Shown: positions 50,108 to 62,327 of the stretch, one piece after another
Layout of the letters: each line of letters begins with the position of its first letter
How positions within the stretch are numbered: the first letter of the stretch is position 1
DNA from: Candidatus Kaiserbacteria bacterium
Lineage (GTDB): Bacteria > Patescibacteriota > Minisyncoccia > Phycocordibacterales > UBA2100
Assembly: GCA_016217925.1 (NCBI GenBank)
Contig: JACRFK010000003.1
Coordinates: forward strand, 8,364-72,363
DNA: 64,000 bases
Direction: 5' to 3'
Program-made: the position numbers and the translations under genes
The notes under the pieces: generated by a model
What the model was told of the DNA's origin: nothing
Seen by the model: only the letters and a program-made list of their open reading frames with translations
Databases searched by the model: none

Positions 50108-50557
50108 ATGTCAGAGCTATTCGAAGCATTCGGTGTCAATTGGAAACTGCTTCTCGTGCAAGCGGTCAATTTCGGATTGCTGCTCGCCGTTCTCACATAC
50201 TTCCTCTACAAGCCGGTTCTGCGCATCATTGACGAACGACAGAAAAAGATCGCGGAAGGGGTGAAAACGGCCGAGGAGGCCGCGAGAAAACTCGCCGACG
50301 CCAAGGTAGAGGGTGACGGCATTGTGGGAACCGCGTCGCGTGAAGCGGAGCATCTGGTCGCCACAGCCCGCAGCCGTGCGGACGAGAAGGGTGCGGAGAT
50401 AGTAAAAGCCGCCGAGGCCCGTGCCAATGCCGTCATTAAGGAGGCGGGCGCGCACGCCGAGGAGGCGAAACGCATGGCGCTTTCGGAGAGCTCCAAAGAG
50501 ATCGCACGGGCGGCAATGCTCGCAGCCGAAAAGATACTTCGCGAGAAATCCGCATAA
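50108..50557 (+). CDS. atpF: ATP synthase subunit b
   Basis: Q.VNF..L...L..F.YKP....DER...I..G. Confidence 0.95.
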   Translation: MSELFEAFGVNWKLLLVQAVNFGLLLAVLTYFLYKPVLRIIDERQKKIAEGVKTAEEAARKLADAKVEGDGIVGTASREAEHLVATARSRADEKGAEIVKAAEARANAVIKEAGAHAEEAKRMALSESSKEIARAAMLAAEKILREKSA

Positions 50558-50561
50558 CAAT

Positions 50562-50948
50562 ATGGAACGGTCGTACGCACAGGCATTGTGGAAGATGGTA
50601 GAAGGCGGGGTGACACCGGCCAAAGCCGTGCATGCGCTTCGGGACACCTTGAAGGCGCACGGCCGCGATGCGCTTCTGCCTCGTATCGCGAGCGCGTTTT
50701 CGCGTATCGCAGAGCGTGAAGCGAAACGCACTGACGTGGTACTCACGGTCGCACGCGAGAAGGATGAACGTCACGCACACAGGGACATTAGGGGATTGCT
50801 CAGAGAGATGGGGGTCGAGGCAAAAGATCTCAAGACGCAAGTCGACGATACGCTTGTCGGCGGCTGGCGCCTCGAGGGCAGAGAGCATTTGGTAGATGCG
50901 AGTTATAAGAAACAATTATTGGATTTGTATACAAGGGTCACGAGTTGA
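50562..50948 (+). CDS. atpH: ATP synthase subunit delta (shortened)
   Basis: YA.AL, VD..L.GG......D.S....L; 128 aa. Confidence 0.85.
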   Translation: MERSYAQALWKMVEGGVTPAKAVHALRDTLKAHGRDALLPRIASAFSRIAEREAKRTDVVLTVAREKDERHAHRDIRGLLREMGVEAKDLKTQVDDTLVGGWRLEGREHLVDASYKKQLLDLYTRVTS

Positions 50949-50976
50949 TTTTTACTACTAACTACCAACTATTCCT

Positions 50977-52575
50977 ATGGATTCAGCAACCGTCGAGAAG
51001 ATAATCAAAGAGATAGGCAACATCGCACCTGCACACGAAGGTGAGCACGTAGGCCGGGTGGTCGCGGTCGGCGACGGCGTTGTCGCCATCGACGGACTTT
51101 CCAAGGCGGTGATGAGCGAAGTGCTCCTCTTCGAAGAGGGCAAAGGCAAGAAGCTGAAGGATACATTGTCCGCCGGAGGCGGATCCTCCTCCGGAGGAGA
51201 AACACAGGGGGAACTCTACGGCCTCATTTTGAACCTCGAAGAAGACGGCGTGCGCGCGACCATTCTTGGCGACACTGCCCGTGTGAGCGAAGGCATGACC
51301 GTCAAATCGACCGGAAGGATCCTCTCGGTGCCGGCAAGCGAAGAGCTGCTCGGCCGGGTAGTGAATGCCCTCGGCGAGCCGATAGACGGTAAAGGACCAT
51401 TCAAGAAAACGAAACTCATGCCGATAGAACGACAAGCGGCGGGTGTTATCGACCGCAAGTCGGTGTCGGTCCCACTTGCGACCGGTACCAAAGCAATTGA
51501 CGCGATGATTCCCATCGGTCGCGGCCAACGCGAGCTCATCATCGGCGACCGCGGCACGGGGAAGACCACTGTCGCCATTGACGCCATCATCAACCAAAAG
51601 TACGAACCGGAAGCGACCCGCCCCATCTGCATCTATGTCGCCATCGGCCAGAAGGAGAGTAAGACCGCACGCATCGCGCAGCAATTGCGCGAACAGGGTG
51701 CGATGGACTACACCATCATCGTCGACGCTCCCGCGTCCGCTCCCGCCGCGCTCCAGTACCTGTCGCCGTTTAGCGGCGTTGCCATCGGTGAATACTTCAT
51801 GGACAAAGGCCGCGACGTCCTCATTGTCTATGATGACCTCTCCAAGCAGGCTACCGCTTACCGTCAGCTCTCGCTCCTTCTGCGCCGTCCGCCGGGTCGC
51901 GAAGCGTATCCGGGCGACGTATTTTACTTACACTCGCGATTACTTGAACGCGCATGCCGCCTGAACGAGGAAAAGGGCGGCGGTTCTATCACAGCGCTCC
52001 CTATCATCGAGACGCAGGAAGGCGACGTCTCCGGATACATCCCGACCAACGTCATCTCCATCACCGACGGCCAGATGTTCCTCGTGGCTGACCTCTTCAA
52101 CAAAGGCATCAAGCCGGCCATCGACGTCGGCATCTCGGTCTCACGCGTCGGTTCCGCCGCGCAGACCAAGGCGATGAAAGGCGTCGCCGGCGGCATCAAG
52201 CTGGAGCTCGCGCAATTCCGCGAGCTTGAAGCATTCATGCAATTCGCTTCAGACCTCGACAAAGCCACTGCCGACCGCATCGAATCGGGCCGCCGCATGG
52301 TGGAGGTCTTGAAACAGAAAAACGGCGCTCCGATACCCCTCGAGCGTCAGGTCGCCGCGTTGTACGCCGCAGGACACGCGTTTTTTCTCGACGTACCGGT
52401 GAATAAAGTTACCGAAGTCGAGCGTCAGCTCATGGAATTTCTCGATGGTCAGTACTCGAAAACTCTTGCAGCTATCAAGAAGACGGGCCAACTTTCCGAG
52501 GACGCGAAGAAAGAGCTGAACAATGCGATGGAGGAGTTCAGGCTTGCGCATCCGGAGTTGTTTGCGACGAAATAA
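50977..52575 (+). CDS. atpA: ATP synthase subunit alpha
   Basis: [44 protein letters not shown]. Confidence 0.98.
   Translation: MDSATVEKIIKEIGNIAPAHEGEHVGRVVAVGDGVVAIDGLSKAVMSEVLLFEEGKGKKLKDTLSAGGGSSSGGETQGELYGLILNLEEDGVRATILGDTARVSEGMTVKSTGRILSVPASEELLGRVVNALGEPIDGKGPFKKTKLMPIERQAAGVIDRKSVSVPLATGTKAIDAMIPIGRGQRELIIGDRGTGKTTVAIDAIINQKYEPEATRPICIYVAIGQKESKTARIAQQLREQGAMDYTIIVDAPASAPAALQYLSPFSGVAIGEYFMDKGRDVLIVYDDLSKQATAYRQLSLLLRRPPGREAYPGDVFYLHSRLLERACRLNEEKGGGSITALPIIETQEGDVSGYIPTNVISITDGQMFLVADLFNKGIKPAIDVGISVSRVGSAAQTKAMKGVAGGIKLELAQFRELEAFMQFASDLDKATADRIESGRRMVEVLKQKNGAPIPLERQVAALYAAGHAFFLDVPVNKVTEVERQLMEFLDGQYSKTLAAIKKTGQLSEDAKKELNNAMEEFRLAHPELFATK
51169..51198 (+). repeat. 30-bp in-frame double-hairpin insert in atpA ([10 protein letters not shown])
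   Basis: TCCGCC-GGA-GGCGGA-TCCTCC-TCC-GGAGGA. Confidence 0.85.
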
Positions 52576-52603
52576 ATATCCGGGCGATGTCTCCACGTGA
52601 GTT

Positions 52604-53542
52604 ATGGCAAACCTGAAAAGCATCAAATCAAAGATTCTCTCGTACAAGAAGACGGGGACAGTGACGCACGCTATGGAAGCGGTCTCCGCCGTCAAGATGC
52701 GCAAGTCGCAGGGGCGCGCACTTTCTACGCGCGCGTACGCCCGCGCGGCGCTTCGCATACTTTCGCATATCGCGGGAAGTATCGACGTGCAGCGGCATCC
52801 GCTCGTACACAAGGACCCGAGCAAAGACATAACGTGCATCGTCCTCGTGACGAGCGACAAGGGGCTTGCCGGGAGCCTCAACGCCGCTGTCATCAGAAAA
52901 GTGCTGGAGTTCATCAAGGAACACAACCTGTCGCCGAAGACCCTGGAATTTATCTGTCTGGGAAGGCGCGGATATGAATTTGCGCAGCGCAACGGGTACC
53001 GGGTACTGCACCACATGACCAACATTACCGACGGGGTCTCTGAACTCGAAGTCCGCGATATAACAGGCCGTATAACCGAGCTGCAAACTTCGGGAGATGC
53101 CCGCAAGGTGTATATGGCGTACACGAATTTCTGCTCAACATTTGAACAGGAGCCTATCATGCGGCAGATCTTGCCGCTGCGCAGACAAATTATTCAGGAG
53201 ATTGTTGACGGTATTGTGCCTGAAAAAGGGAAATACGCCGCTATAGCGACGAGAGAAGGCAAACATGCGAATGGGGAAGGACCCGCCGCATACACGATGG
53301 AGCCGGACGCCGCATCCGTGCTTGCGGAAGTACTCCCGAAGCTCGCGAACGTCGCGGTATTTCACGCCCTTCTCGAGACCAAAGCATCGGAACACAGTGC
53401 ACGCATGGTCGCGATGAAAAGTGCGACCGACAAAGCAAAGGAGATGGCAAGCAGTCTCACGCGCACGTTCAACAAAGTCCGCCAAGCATCCATCACCCGC
53501 GAAGTGTCCGAAATCACATCCGGCATCGAGGCGATGAAGTAA
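52604..53542 (+). CDS. atpG: ATP synthase subunit gamma
   Basis: T.AME.VS..K, SDKGLAG..N, SEH.ARM.AM..ATD, RQA.IT.E..EI. Confidence 0.97.
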   Translation: MANLKSIKSKILSYKKTGTVTHAMEAVSAVKMRKSQGRALSTRAYARAALRILSHIAGSIDVQRHPLVHKDPSKDITCIVLVTSDKGLAGSLNAAVIRKVLEFIKEHNLSPKTLEFICLGRRGYEFAQRNGYRVLHHMTNITDGVSELEVRDITGRITELQTSGDARKVYMAYTNFCSTFEQEPIMRQILPLRRQIIQEIVDGIVPEKGKYAAIATREGKHANGEGPAAYTMEPDAASVLAEVLPKLANVAVFHALLETKASEHSARMVAMKSATDKAKEMASSLTRTFNKVRQASITREVSEITSGIEAMK

Positions 53543-53543
53543 T

Positions 53544-53903
53544 ATGCTCGAAGCGGGAAAAAAAGAAGGGACGGTCGAGGCACTTATCGGAAGAGCTAAT
53601 CCAAAGGCGTACGTTGCGGACGCAGCTCAGTTGGCAATACGAGAGGTTGGGATGGAGTATAGGTTGGGGAAAAAGAACGAAGACATGGTCATCAATGGCA
53701 TAAAAGAGGCGATGGTTCGTTTTTCTGCCGGGGAAACGCCTCAGACCGTGACTGAATGGAAGAGAATTGCCTTTATAAGCGGCGAAGAGCTCTTGAGGGA
53801 TCTTGCACTACTCGGATTTGATGAGAGCGAAGGAATGATCGGAGCGTATCACGAGGCCGTAGACGCTTACCTTGCGGAGATCTTGAAGGAGAAGCGGGAG
53901 TGA
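53544..53903 (+). CDS. Hypothetical protein between atpG and atpD
   Basis: 119-aa helical ORF starting 1 nt after the atpG stop; no recognisable motif. Confidence 0.6.
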   Translation: MLEAGKKEGTVEALIGRANPKAYVADAAQLAIREVGMEYRLGKKNEDMVINGIKEAMVRFSAGETPQTVTEWKRIAFISGEELLRDLALLGFDESEGMIGAYHEAVDAYLAEILKEKRE

Positions 53904-53946
53904 GGGTTTTTTATTCACCTTGAGCAGTTTGAATAAACAGTTATAA

Positions 53947-55362
<1,416 letters not shown>

Positions 55363-55369
55363 AATTGCT

Positions 55370-55624
55370 ATGGCTGGCAATCAAAACACGTTCCACCTCA
55401 CGATAGCGAGCGTCGGGGAGACGCGCTTTGACGGCGCCGCGGTCTCCGCGACGTTACCGGGTGCCTCGGGGGAGCTCACCATACTCGCGCACCATGAACC
55501 CATCGTGACAACGCTGAAGCCGGGAACCATTACTGTGCGTGAGGCGGATGCAGAGCCAAAACAATTCAAGATAGACAGCGGCATTCTCGAGTGCTCGGAA
55601 AGTCGCGCCATCGTTCTGTTGTAG
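55370..55624 (+). CDS. atpC: ATP synthase subunit epsilon (N-terminal beta domain only)
   Basis: LPG..GE..IL.HH.P....L..G; 84 aa, no C-terminal helices. Confidence 0.9.
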   Translation: MAGNQNTFHLTIASVGETRFDGAAVSATLPGASGELTILAHHEPIVTTLKPGTITVREADAEPKQFKIDSGILECSESRAIVLL

Positions 55625-55680
55625 ACTTGTTTTCAACAGTGAAGCGCCCTCAATGCTCGCGAGGCAGTACAATGGACGTA

Positions 55681-57633
55681 ATGCGTCACGCGCGTATTTT
55701 TTTGATGTTGTTTGTTGCAGCCGCGGTACTTACGCCTGCACCGGCGGTGCAGGCGGCGCTTGCAGTAAACGGCCAAAATATCTGTCCCACGGGCACAACC
55801 GGCGATCCGAGCGGTTCAAAAGAGTTTCCCGTCCCCACTGACACAAAAAAAATCGATGCGTATCTCAAACAGAAAGTGATGTGCCCAAATGCATGCTTCA
55901 ATATCAGAGTCTCGCTCTCGGCAAAAATATCAGAACGGTTGCTCACCATCAAGACGACCGCATCGAATGCTTGCGGAACTCCAAATCCGACCGCTGAAGA
56001 CGCAAAAAATAAGAATCGCGGGTGTTCGAAAGGGCAAACCCCGCCCACCATTTTCGTCCAGTCTCCGGCAATTTTCGGGGTCCTCTCGAAGCCGCGGTCC
56101 GAAGGGCCACGATCACGTTGCGATCCTGCGGTATCGCGGGTAATCGGAACTTTCGCACAAGGCGACCTTGAGCAGGGATTTAATGGGATTGCCAGTTTGC
56201 AAGCTGCCGCTACCGTGCAGGGTCCTGCAACGGTCGACTTGAGCATCCCTACTGACCGCAACCAGATAGCTATGGAGCTTGCCGCGGGCACGAATATATC
56301 GGTTGACGATGCGAAGGCAATAGTTGCGCGAGACCCTGAGGCCGCTATCAAAGCGATAAATGCTATTTCGACCGGAAGCGACGCTGAAATAAAGACGGCG
56401 GTAGCCGCAATAGGACTCAATCCTGATCTTACCGACAAAGCGGCACTTCAAGCAGTTGTTGCACAAAACAATGGACTGCCAGTGAACGACCCAAACGATA
56501 CTCTAGAACTATCCGCCCTCAGTACGTTTAGGCAGAGTCCAGACGAAGCCACCGGTCCAAATATTGCCGAGAGACTCGCGCCTATGTGCTATCAGCAGGG
56601 AATGGGCGGGTGCGGCAATGCGTGCAATGTACCGAATCCGAGCACGCTCACGTGCGCGGCCAACAATCCCGGCGCGCTCACATTTACGGCGTGGCAGACT
56701 CAGTATGGGGGCCGCCCGTGCGGGTTGGCCAACAACACCACGTGTTACGACACCATCGAGGGCGGCATCGCCGCGCAGGCGAATCTGCTCATGACAAGCC
56801 CCCGGTACTTCGGAACAGGCAACAACACGATATTGGGCGCGTTTTGCGGCGGGTACACTGCAAATCGTGACCAATGTGCTCCGTATGCAGCTTTCATATC
56901 CGCGCAGACAGGCATCCCGATTAACCAGACAATAGACCCCAACAACACAGAGCAGATCGCGGCCATCATGATGGCGTCGTCCCGTTTCGAGAATGGTCGC
57001 GGCGTTATTTACACACCCGAGCAACTCCAAAAAGGGCTGCAGGTGGCACTCGGTACGGATGTATTGCCTGAGGGCACGCCGGGCTACATCCCGAGAACTA
57101 TGTACGGGACGAACGGCGGCACGCAATTCGGTTCTGCGTTCAGCATGAGCTCGGCCGCTCCGCCCGCGGCCGCGCCGGTAGGATACGGAAGCCCATTCGC
57201 ACAAGGTTCTAATGTCCCGATTGCGCAAACACAAACACAATCGAGCGTACAGCAGACAGCACCGGTCCAGATCTCACAACAAATTCAGCGCGTGCAGGAC
57301 AGCATCCCGTCTTCATCGGTCGCAGAGCAATTGCAGCAAGCCTTGAGCGGCGCCTCTTCCACTCCCGAGAAATCGCCCATCGCTATCATCGTTCAGCCAA
57401 AAGAAGTGACGAAGGGAGAGCAGGTCACCGTTTCGTGGTCGTCGAAAGGAATGAGTACGGAAATACCGTGCGTCTTACGCATAGGCTCAGCCATCATCGC
57501 ACGCAAAAATCAGGGAGCGAGCGTCGTACAGACAAGCCCGCTCATGGCGACAGGTTCACTTGTCTTTACGCTCTCGTGCACCACCCCGTCGGGTACGCAG
57601 ATACAACGCAACGCGGCGGTGTTCGTCCGGTGA
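55681..57633 (+). CDS. Secreted Cys-rich multidomain protein
   Basis: Signal peptide; paired Cys; NNPG...Y.T.E.G..A...L segment; Q/S/P linker; C-terminal Ig-like V..G..V.VSW. Confidence 0.75.
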   Translation: MRHARIFLMLFVAAAVLTPAPAVQAALAVNGQNICPTGTTGDPSGSKEFPVPTDTKKIDAYLKQKVMCPNACFNIRVSLSAKISERLLTIKTTASNACGTPNPTAEDAKNKNRGCSKGQTPPTIFVQSPAIFGVLSKPRSEGPRSRCDPAVSRVIGTFAQGDLEQGFNGIASLQAAATVQGPATVDLSIPTDRNQIAMELAAGTNISVDDAKAIVARDPEAAIKAINAISTGSDAEIKTAVAAIGLNPDLTDKAALQAVVAQNNGLPVNDPNDTLELSALSTFRQSPDEATGPNIAERLAPMCYQQGMGGCGNACNVPNPSTLTCAANNPGALTFTAWQTQYGGRPCGLANNTTCYDTIEGGIAAQANLLMTSPRYFGTGNNTILGAFCGGYTANRDQCAPYAAFISAQTGIPINQTIDPNNTEQIAAIMMASSRFENGRGVIYTPEQLQKGLQVALGTDVLPEGTPGYIPRTMYGTNGGTQFGSAFSMSSAAPPAAAPVGYGSPFAQGSNVPIAQTQTQSSVQQTAPVQISQQIQRVQDSIPSSSVAEQLQQALSGASSTPEKSPIAIIVQPKEVTKGEQVTVSWSSKGMSTEIPCVLRIGSAIIARKNQGASVVQTSPLMATGSLVFTLSCTTPSGTQIQRNAAVFVR

Positions 57634-57642
57634 TATAGAAGT

Positions 57643-57936
57643 ATGGGTTTCAAGAGAACTGTGGAAGATTTTACCTGCGAACATTGCGGTACTTACGTAA
57701 AAGGTGACGGGTACACCAATCACTGTCCAAAATGTCTATGGAGCAAGCACTTGGATGTAGAGCCAGGGGATAGAGCCGCGGTATGTGGCGGTATGATGGA
57801 GCCCATAGCCCTTGAGGGTACGACGCCGAAGTATCGCATCATACAACGCTGCCTTCGCTGTAAAGTGGAGCGTCCGATCGGGATTTCAAAGGGCGATGAC
57901 ATGCGCGCAGCCCTTGCTATTGCGGGAAATCGCTGA
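57643..57936 (+). CDS. RNHCP domain protein
   Basis: F.C.HCG, YTNHCP.CLWSKH.D..PGDR...C.G.M. Confidence 0.92.
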   Translation: MGFKRTVEDFTCEHCGTYVKGDGYTNHCPKCLWSKHLDVEPGDRAAVCGGMMEPIALEGTTPKYRIIQRCLRCKVERPIGISKGDDMRAALAIAGNR

Positions 57937-57955
57937 CGTGGCATTATACGGGAAT

Positions 57956-58507
57956 ATGTCAGAAGGTGGAGGCGGAGATGGTGGCGGCGACGGCGGATTG
58001 GCCGATTTTTTTTGGGGGACGACGAACACCGGCCCCAGGAAAATCCCTCATTACTACGGTGATTCCGTACGCCAGCTCTTATTGGGTGCTGCCGCCCTCA
58101 TGATCATCTCATCGCCCCTCTATACCAACACACTTCGACGAGAGTTCCCGCTCATCGTTATCGCCGCCCTCGCGGCAGCTGCACTTTCGGCGATCATTAA
58201 TCCGCGAGATCGATGGATCCCCATGGCCACGGCTCTTCTCTCTGGGGTCGGATTGGTCTCCTACGCGATGTGGGGAATGTTCCAGTACGAGAACATTGGC
58301 CCGCTCCCATTTATCCTGCGTATGGCGATTGCCGTTATATTCCTGTTCGCGTTCTATTTCAGTATGAAAACACTTCGCGCCTTCATGCTTCACCAGATAG
58401 GTAAACGCGAGACGATAGACGAATTTGAGGAGCCGGATGAAAAAATCGACCAGGAAATGCTTGAACGTGAACAAATGCTCAATGGAAAACAGGGGCGCGA
58501 TCAGTAG
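57956..58507 (+). CDS. 4-TM membrane protein, hypothetical
   Basis: HYYGD.VR.L, four TM helices, F..A.YFS.KT.R. Confidence 0.75.
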   Translation: MSEGGGGDGGGDGGLADFFWGTTNTGPRKIPHYYGDSVRQLLLGAAALMIISSPLYTNTLRREFPLIVIAALAAAALSAIINPRDRWIPMATALLSGVGLVSYAMWGMFQYENIGPLPFILRMAIAVIFLFAFYFSMKTLRAFMLHQIGKRETIDEFEEPDEKIDQEMLEREQMLNGKQGRDQ

Positions 58508-59292
58508 CTGTGTGCCCGACGTTCCCTCATCCACGTGCGTAGCAGTTTGTAGAGGACAAAGACGACAAAGAGGAGGAGGCCATAGAAAAGCACCCGCAGA
58601 TTACAGATAAAGAGCAGCGTGCTCAGAGCGCCGCGCCACAGAGAGCCGAGAATAGAGGCACTTTTCTCGTTGGGCGAGTCGGTGGCGTCACGTGACGTTT
58701 GAGAGGTTGAAGTACCGAGGACCTGCGCTCTCAGACCCTCAGACGCCGCGAGTTGTCTTTTGAGCGCCTCAACGGCACCCTGTCGGACGGATTCCGTCAT
58801 GCCGTAGAAACTTTGCGCTATGTTCGTAACGACAGGAGTCGACGACGCGATAATATTTGTCACGGTGTTGGTGTACTGCGAAAGGGGTGATGGGACGGCC
58901 TCGGCTACTTTGATGCTTACCGAATTCGTTTCAACATTCGCAATGGTGCCGCTTACGCCGGTGACGTTCCGAAGCGATGCGCCGAATGTATGCGTCCCTC
59001 CGGTAGCGGTCCAAGCAGACGAAAGTATTTGTGTTTCTCCGGCAGCGAGCTTGAAATGTTGGGTGCCAATCTCTTTCGTATCGACATTGAATACGACATC
59101 GCCCTCGATTGCGGAGGTACTGCTGTCATAGACGACCGTGTAGATCTTCAGCGTCTCGCCGGCAACTACTTCGGTCTTGGAAAACCAGAGCGATCCGGTG
59201 GCAAATCCGGCGGGCACCGCGCTTGTGGCCGCGAATACAAAGAACGGAAGGAAGGCAAATACTCCGAGAAGTGCGCCAATACGTACTCTCAT
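58501..59292 (-). CDS. Exported/membrane protein with Ig-like domain
   Basis: Signal peptide, AGF....WFS....G....IY, W.A..G.H, C-terminal TM. Confidence 0.7.
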   Translation of the reverse strand: MRVRIGALLGVFAFLPFFVFAATSAVPAGFATGSLWFSKTEVVAGETLKIYTVVYDSSTSAIEGDVVFNVDTKEIGTQHFKLAAGETQILSSAWTATGGTHTFGASLRNVTGVSGTIANVETNSVSIKVAEAVPSPLSQYTNTVTNIIASSTPVVTNIAQSFYGMTESVRQGAVEALKRQLAASEGLRAQVLGTSTSQTSRDATDSPNEKSASILGSLWRGALSTLLFICNLRVLFYGLLLFVVFVLYKLLRTWMRERRAHSY

Positions 59293-59390
59293 ACGTAAAT
59301 GATATACTCGGATATCGTTTAATGCGAATACTATTGAACGATCCAAAATACTCCTTACAGTTCCGCCAGGCAGACCAGCTAGAGCATATT

Positions 59391-59984
59391 ATGAAAAAGA
59401 AAAATATATTCGTCCTTCTCGGACATCCGGATAAGAGCGGTTTTTGTGGTGAAATGGCCGATGCCTACTGCGAAAGCGCACGTGCTGCGGGGCACACGGT
59501 GGAGCGAATGAATATCGGTGAGATGCAATTCGACCCCATCCTCCGTCGTGGTTACCGCGCGCGCCAAGAGCTTGAGCCAGATCTTGCGCGTTTCCAACAA
59601 TTAATCACCGCATGCGAGCATTTTGTCGTCATCCATCCCGTGTGGTGGGTGGGTATGCCGGCGATACTCAAGGGTCTCTTTGACAGAGCGTGGCTTCCGG
59701 GCTCGGCGTTCCGCTATATGAAGTTACCAAACGGCAAGCGCAGCGTCTTTTGGCATCGCCTTATGAGTGGCAAAAGCGCACGCACGATAATCGCAAGTGG
59801 TACGCATCCGTGGATGGTGCGCCTTTTGCCGGGCAACGTGAACGCGCAGCTGAAGTGGGGGATACTGTGGTTCGCCGGATTCTCCGTACGCACGACGTGG
59901 TTCGGACCGTCGGAAAACATTCCCGAAAAATGCAGATCACGCTGGCTCGCGCGCGTTCGGGAGATCGGACGCAAAGGGACATAG
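59391..59984 (+). CDS. NAD(P)H-dependent oxidoreductase, flavodoxin-2 fold (paralog of 34190)
   Basis: GHP, FDP.L..GY, LEPDL, HPVWW..MPA.LKG.FDR. Confidence 0.9.
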   Translation: MKKKNIFVLLGHPDKSGFCGEMADAYCESARAAGHTVERMNIGEMQFDPILRRGYRARQELEPDLARFQQLITACEHFVVIHPVWWVGMPAILKGLFDRAWLPGSAFRYMKLPNGKRSVFWHRLMSGKSARTIIASGTHPWMVRLLPGNVNAQLKWGILWFAGFSVRTTWFGPSENIPEKCRSRWLARVREIGRKGT

Positions 59985-60016
59985 CACCGGCAGTATTTTT
60001 CCGATAGTATAGTCCG

Positions 60017-61117
60017 ATGTCGCTGTCAATTGGTATTGTTGGGTTACCGAACGTCGGGAAATCGACGCTTTTTAATGCTCTTACAAAGAAGGGTGTGCCC
60101 GCGGAAAATTATCCTTTTTGTACCATTGACCCCTCGGTGGGTATCGTCGCCGTACCGGATTTCCGGCTTGATAAACTCGCGGAGATGTCGCATTCAAAGA
60201 AGAAGGTGTCGGCGGTCGTTGAGTTCGTTGATATCGCGGGCCTTGTAAAGGGGGCCTCGCAGGGCGAGGGGCTCGGCAATCAATTCCTCACGCATATCCG
60301 CGAGGTGGACGCGATAGCGGAGGTCGTACGCATGTTCGACGATGAGGATGTGCATCATGTCGCAGGACAAGTGGACCCGCTCTCTGATATCGAGACCATA
60401 GACCTGGAGCTCGTACTCGCCGACATGCAAACCGCGGAGAAGCGGCTTGAGCGCGTCGAGCGTGATTCCAAAGGCGGGGATAAAGAATTCGTGGCGGAGC
60501 GAGATGTGCTTAGGAAGATTGTGCCCGTATTGAAGCAAGGCCGTGCCGCGCGGACCGTGGGGCTTGATGTCAAAGAGCAGGTTGTCGCGAAAAGCCTCCA
60601 CTTGCTCACCATGAAGCCGGTCTTGTACATCCTCAATAGAAAAAGTGGCACGGTGAACGTGGATGCGGAAGGAGGGGATAGGTGGGCAGCCCTCAAACAG
60701 TTCCTCGATTCATCCGCTTCACAATATGTCGTTGTCGATGCGGGGGTGGAGAGCGACTTGTCGGACGTACACGATGATGAACGCGCGGATTTCCGCCGCG
60801 AGCTCGGCGTGCCGAACGACGGGCTCGATGACCTCATCAAAGCGGGATACCGCCTTCTCGACCTCATATCATTCTTTACAACGGGAGAAGACGAATCCCG
60901 CGCGTGGACGATACGGCGGGGCGGGGCGGCACCTGAGGCGGGAGCTGCGATACACACCGACTTCCGCGACAAGTTCATCCGCGCCGAAGTCATCCATTGG
61001 GACAAGCTGTTGGAAGTCGGCTCGTGGAGCAAGGCTCGCGATAAGGGAGTTCTTCGAACGGAAGGGAAAGAATATATTGTTCAAGATGGCGATGTAATGG
61101 AATTCTTGCATAGCTAA
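60017..61117 (+). CDS. ychF: Ribosome-binding ATPase YchF
   Basis: GIVGLPNVGKSTLFNALT, NYPFCTIDP, DIAGLV.GAS.GEGLGN.FL, EGKEY.V.DGD. Confidence 0.98.
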   Translation: MSLSIGIVGLPNVGKSTLFNALTKKGVPAENYPFCTIDPSVGIVAVPDFRLDKLAEMSHSKKKVSAVVEFVDIAGLVKGASQGEGLGNQFLTHIREVDAIAEVVRMFDDEDVHHVAGQVDPLSDIETIDLELVLADMQTAEKRLERVERDSKGGDKEFVAERDVLRKIVPVLKQGRAARTVGLDVKEQVVAKSLHLLTMKPVLYILNRKSGTVNVDAEGGDRWAALKQFLDSSASQYVVVDAGVESDLSDVHDDERADFRRELGVPNDGLDDLIKAGYRLLDLISFFTTGEDESRAWTIRRGGAAPEAGAAIHTDFRDKFIRAEVIHWDKLLEVGSWSKARDKGVLRTEGKEYIVQDGDVMEFLHS

Positions 61118-61213
61118 CGTGATGTCATGCCCGCCCCGTAGGAGGCTGTGCTTTCCTGCGAGGGAATTTCTCCATAGTTGACATCCGCAGTCTGGCTTGT
61201 ACCATTTCACCAT

Positions 61214-62185
61214 ATGGATAAACCAAAGGTAACGCCCAAGGACTTCGTCCTCTGGGTAGGTGCGATGGCCTCGCTCTATGCGGGTGTCGTGGCTTTTATT
61301 ACGCTCGTGTTCGAGTACATTAATAAAGCATTTCCGAATCCAGTTACATCTTCTTACTACTACGGCGATCCGTATTCGAGCAACATCAGCTACGAGACAG
61401 CGGCGCTCATTGTGCTCACGCCGGTCTTCCTCATCCTCATGCGCTTCATCCGGCGCGATATCGCAGCCGACCCATCGCGCAATGATATCTGGGTCCGGCG
61501 CTGGGCGCTCTTCCTCACACTTTTCCTCGCGGGCGCAACCGTTGTCGTGGACCTCATCGTGCTACTCAACACGTACCTACAGGGTGAAGACCTCACCGTA
61601 GGTTTTTTGCTCAAGGTGCTGACCGTCCTTCTCGTCGCAGGCCTCGGCTTCATGCACTTCATCGCCGACCTGTGGGGGTATTGGGAACGTGAACAAGCGC
61701 GCGCACGGATGGTCAATTGGGGCGTCGGCCTGTTGGTCGTGGTCACCATTATCGCGGGATTCTTCATCGTTGGCACTCCGCAGCAGATACGCGCGCAAAA
61801 ACAAGATGCGATACGTGTGCAGGACCTGCAGAACGTCCAGTGGCAGATAGTCAATTACTGGCAACAGAAGGAAAAATTGCCTGCGACGCTTGCCGAACTC
61901 AACGACCCTATCGCCAATAACATCATCCCGGTCGACCCGCAGACCGATGAGGCGTACGAATACGCATCAACGGGCGCACGCTCGTTCAAGCTCTGTGCGA
62001 CGTTCGCGGGCGAGGGCGGTACCAACACTCTGCAAGGACGTTCTGTGCCAATACCCGCTGAGCCCACCTTGGTAACGGGCAAAGATGTTCAGGACAATTG
62101 GCAGCATGCTGCCGGAAAGGTCTGTTTCGACCGCACTATAGACCCACAACGATACCCCCCGTACTCCAAGCAAAAGTCCCTATAA
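61214..62185 (+). CDS. DUF5671-like membrane protein
   Basis: PKDF.L, A.LIV..PV, W..F.TLF, G.P...R....D..R..DL, DP.T...YEY, F.LCA.F. Confidence 0.75.
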   Translation: MDKPKVTPKDFVLWVGAMASLYAGVVAFITLVFEYINKAFPNPVTSSYYYGDPYSSNISYETAALIVLTPVFLILMRFIRRDIAADPSRNDIWVRRWALFLTLFLAGATVVVDLIVLLNTYLQGEDLTVGFLLKVLTVLLVAGLGFMHFIADLWGYWEREQARARMVNWGVGLLVVVTIIAGFFIVGTPQQIRAQKQDAIRVQDLQNVQWQIVNYWQQKEKLPATLAELNDPIANNIIPVDPQTDEAYEYASTGARSFKLCATFAGEGGTNTLQGRSVPIPAEPTLVTGKDVQDNWQHAAGKVCFDRTIDPQRYPPYSKQKSL

Positions 62186-62297
62186 AAGCCCAACTGCGTT
62201 GTTGCGGAGCCTCTGAGTCTCACTCACCGTACAACATGTACGCCTCGTGAGCCTCTTTCTCCACGCCTCGCATCTGGGCCCTTATAGTGGCTTTTTG
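62171..62297 (+). repeat. Structured repeat (CCGTAC-N-GTACG family), copy 4
   Basis: GTTGCGGAGCCTCTG...CTCACCGTACAACATGTACGCCTCG...CTTTCTCCACGCCTCGCATCT; outer IR overlaps the upstream stop. Confidence 0.8.
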
Positions 62298-62327
62298 ATT
62301 CAATGTTCTGTATGTTAGGCTACTCCA

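Noticed and set aside
57956-58000. Gly-rich N-terminus (SEGGGGDGGGDGG) as another 30-bp element
   Set aside because: The DNA lacks the TCC.CC/GG.GGA stems, so it is simple low-complexity sequence.
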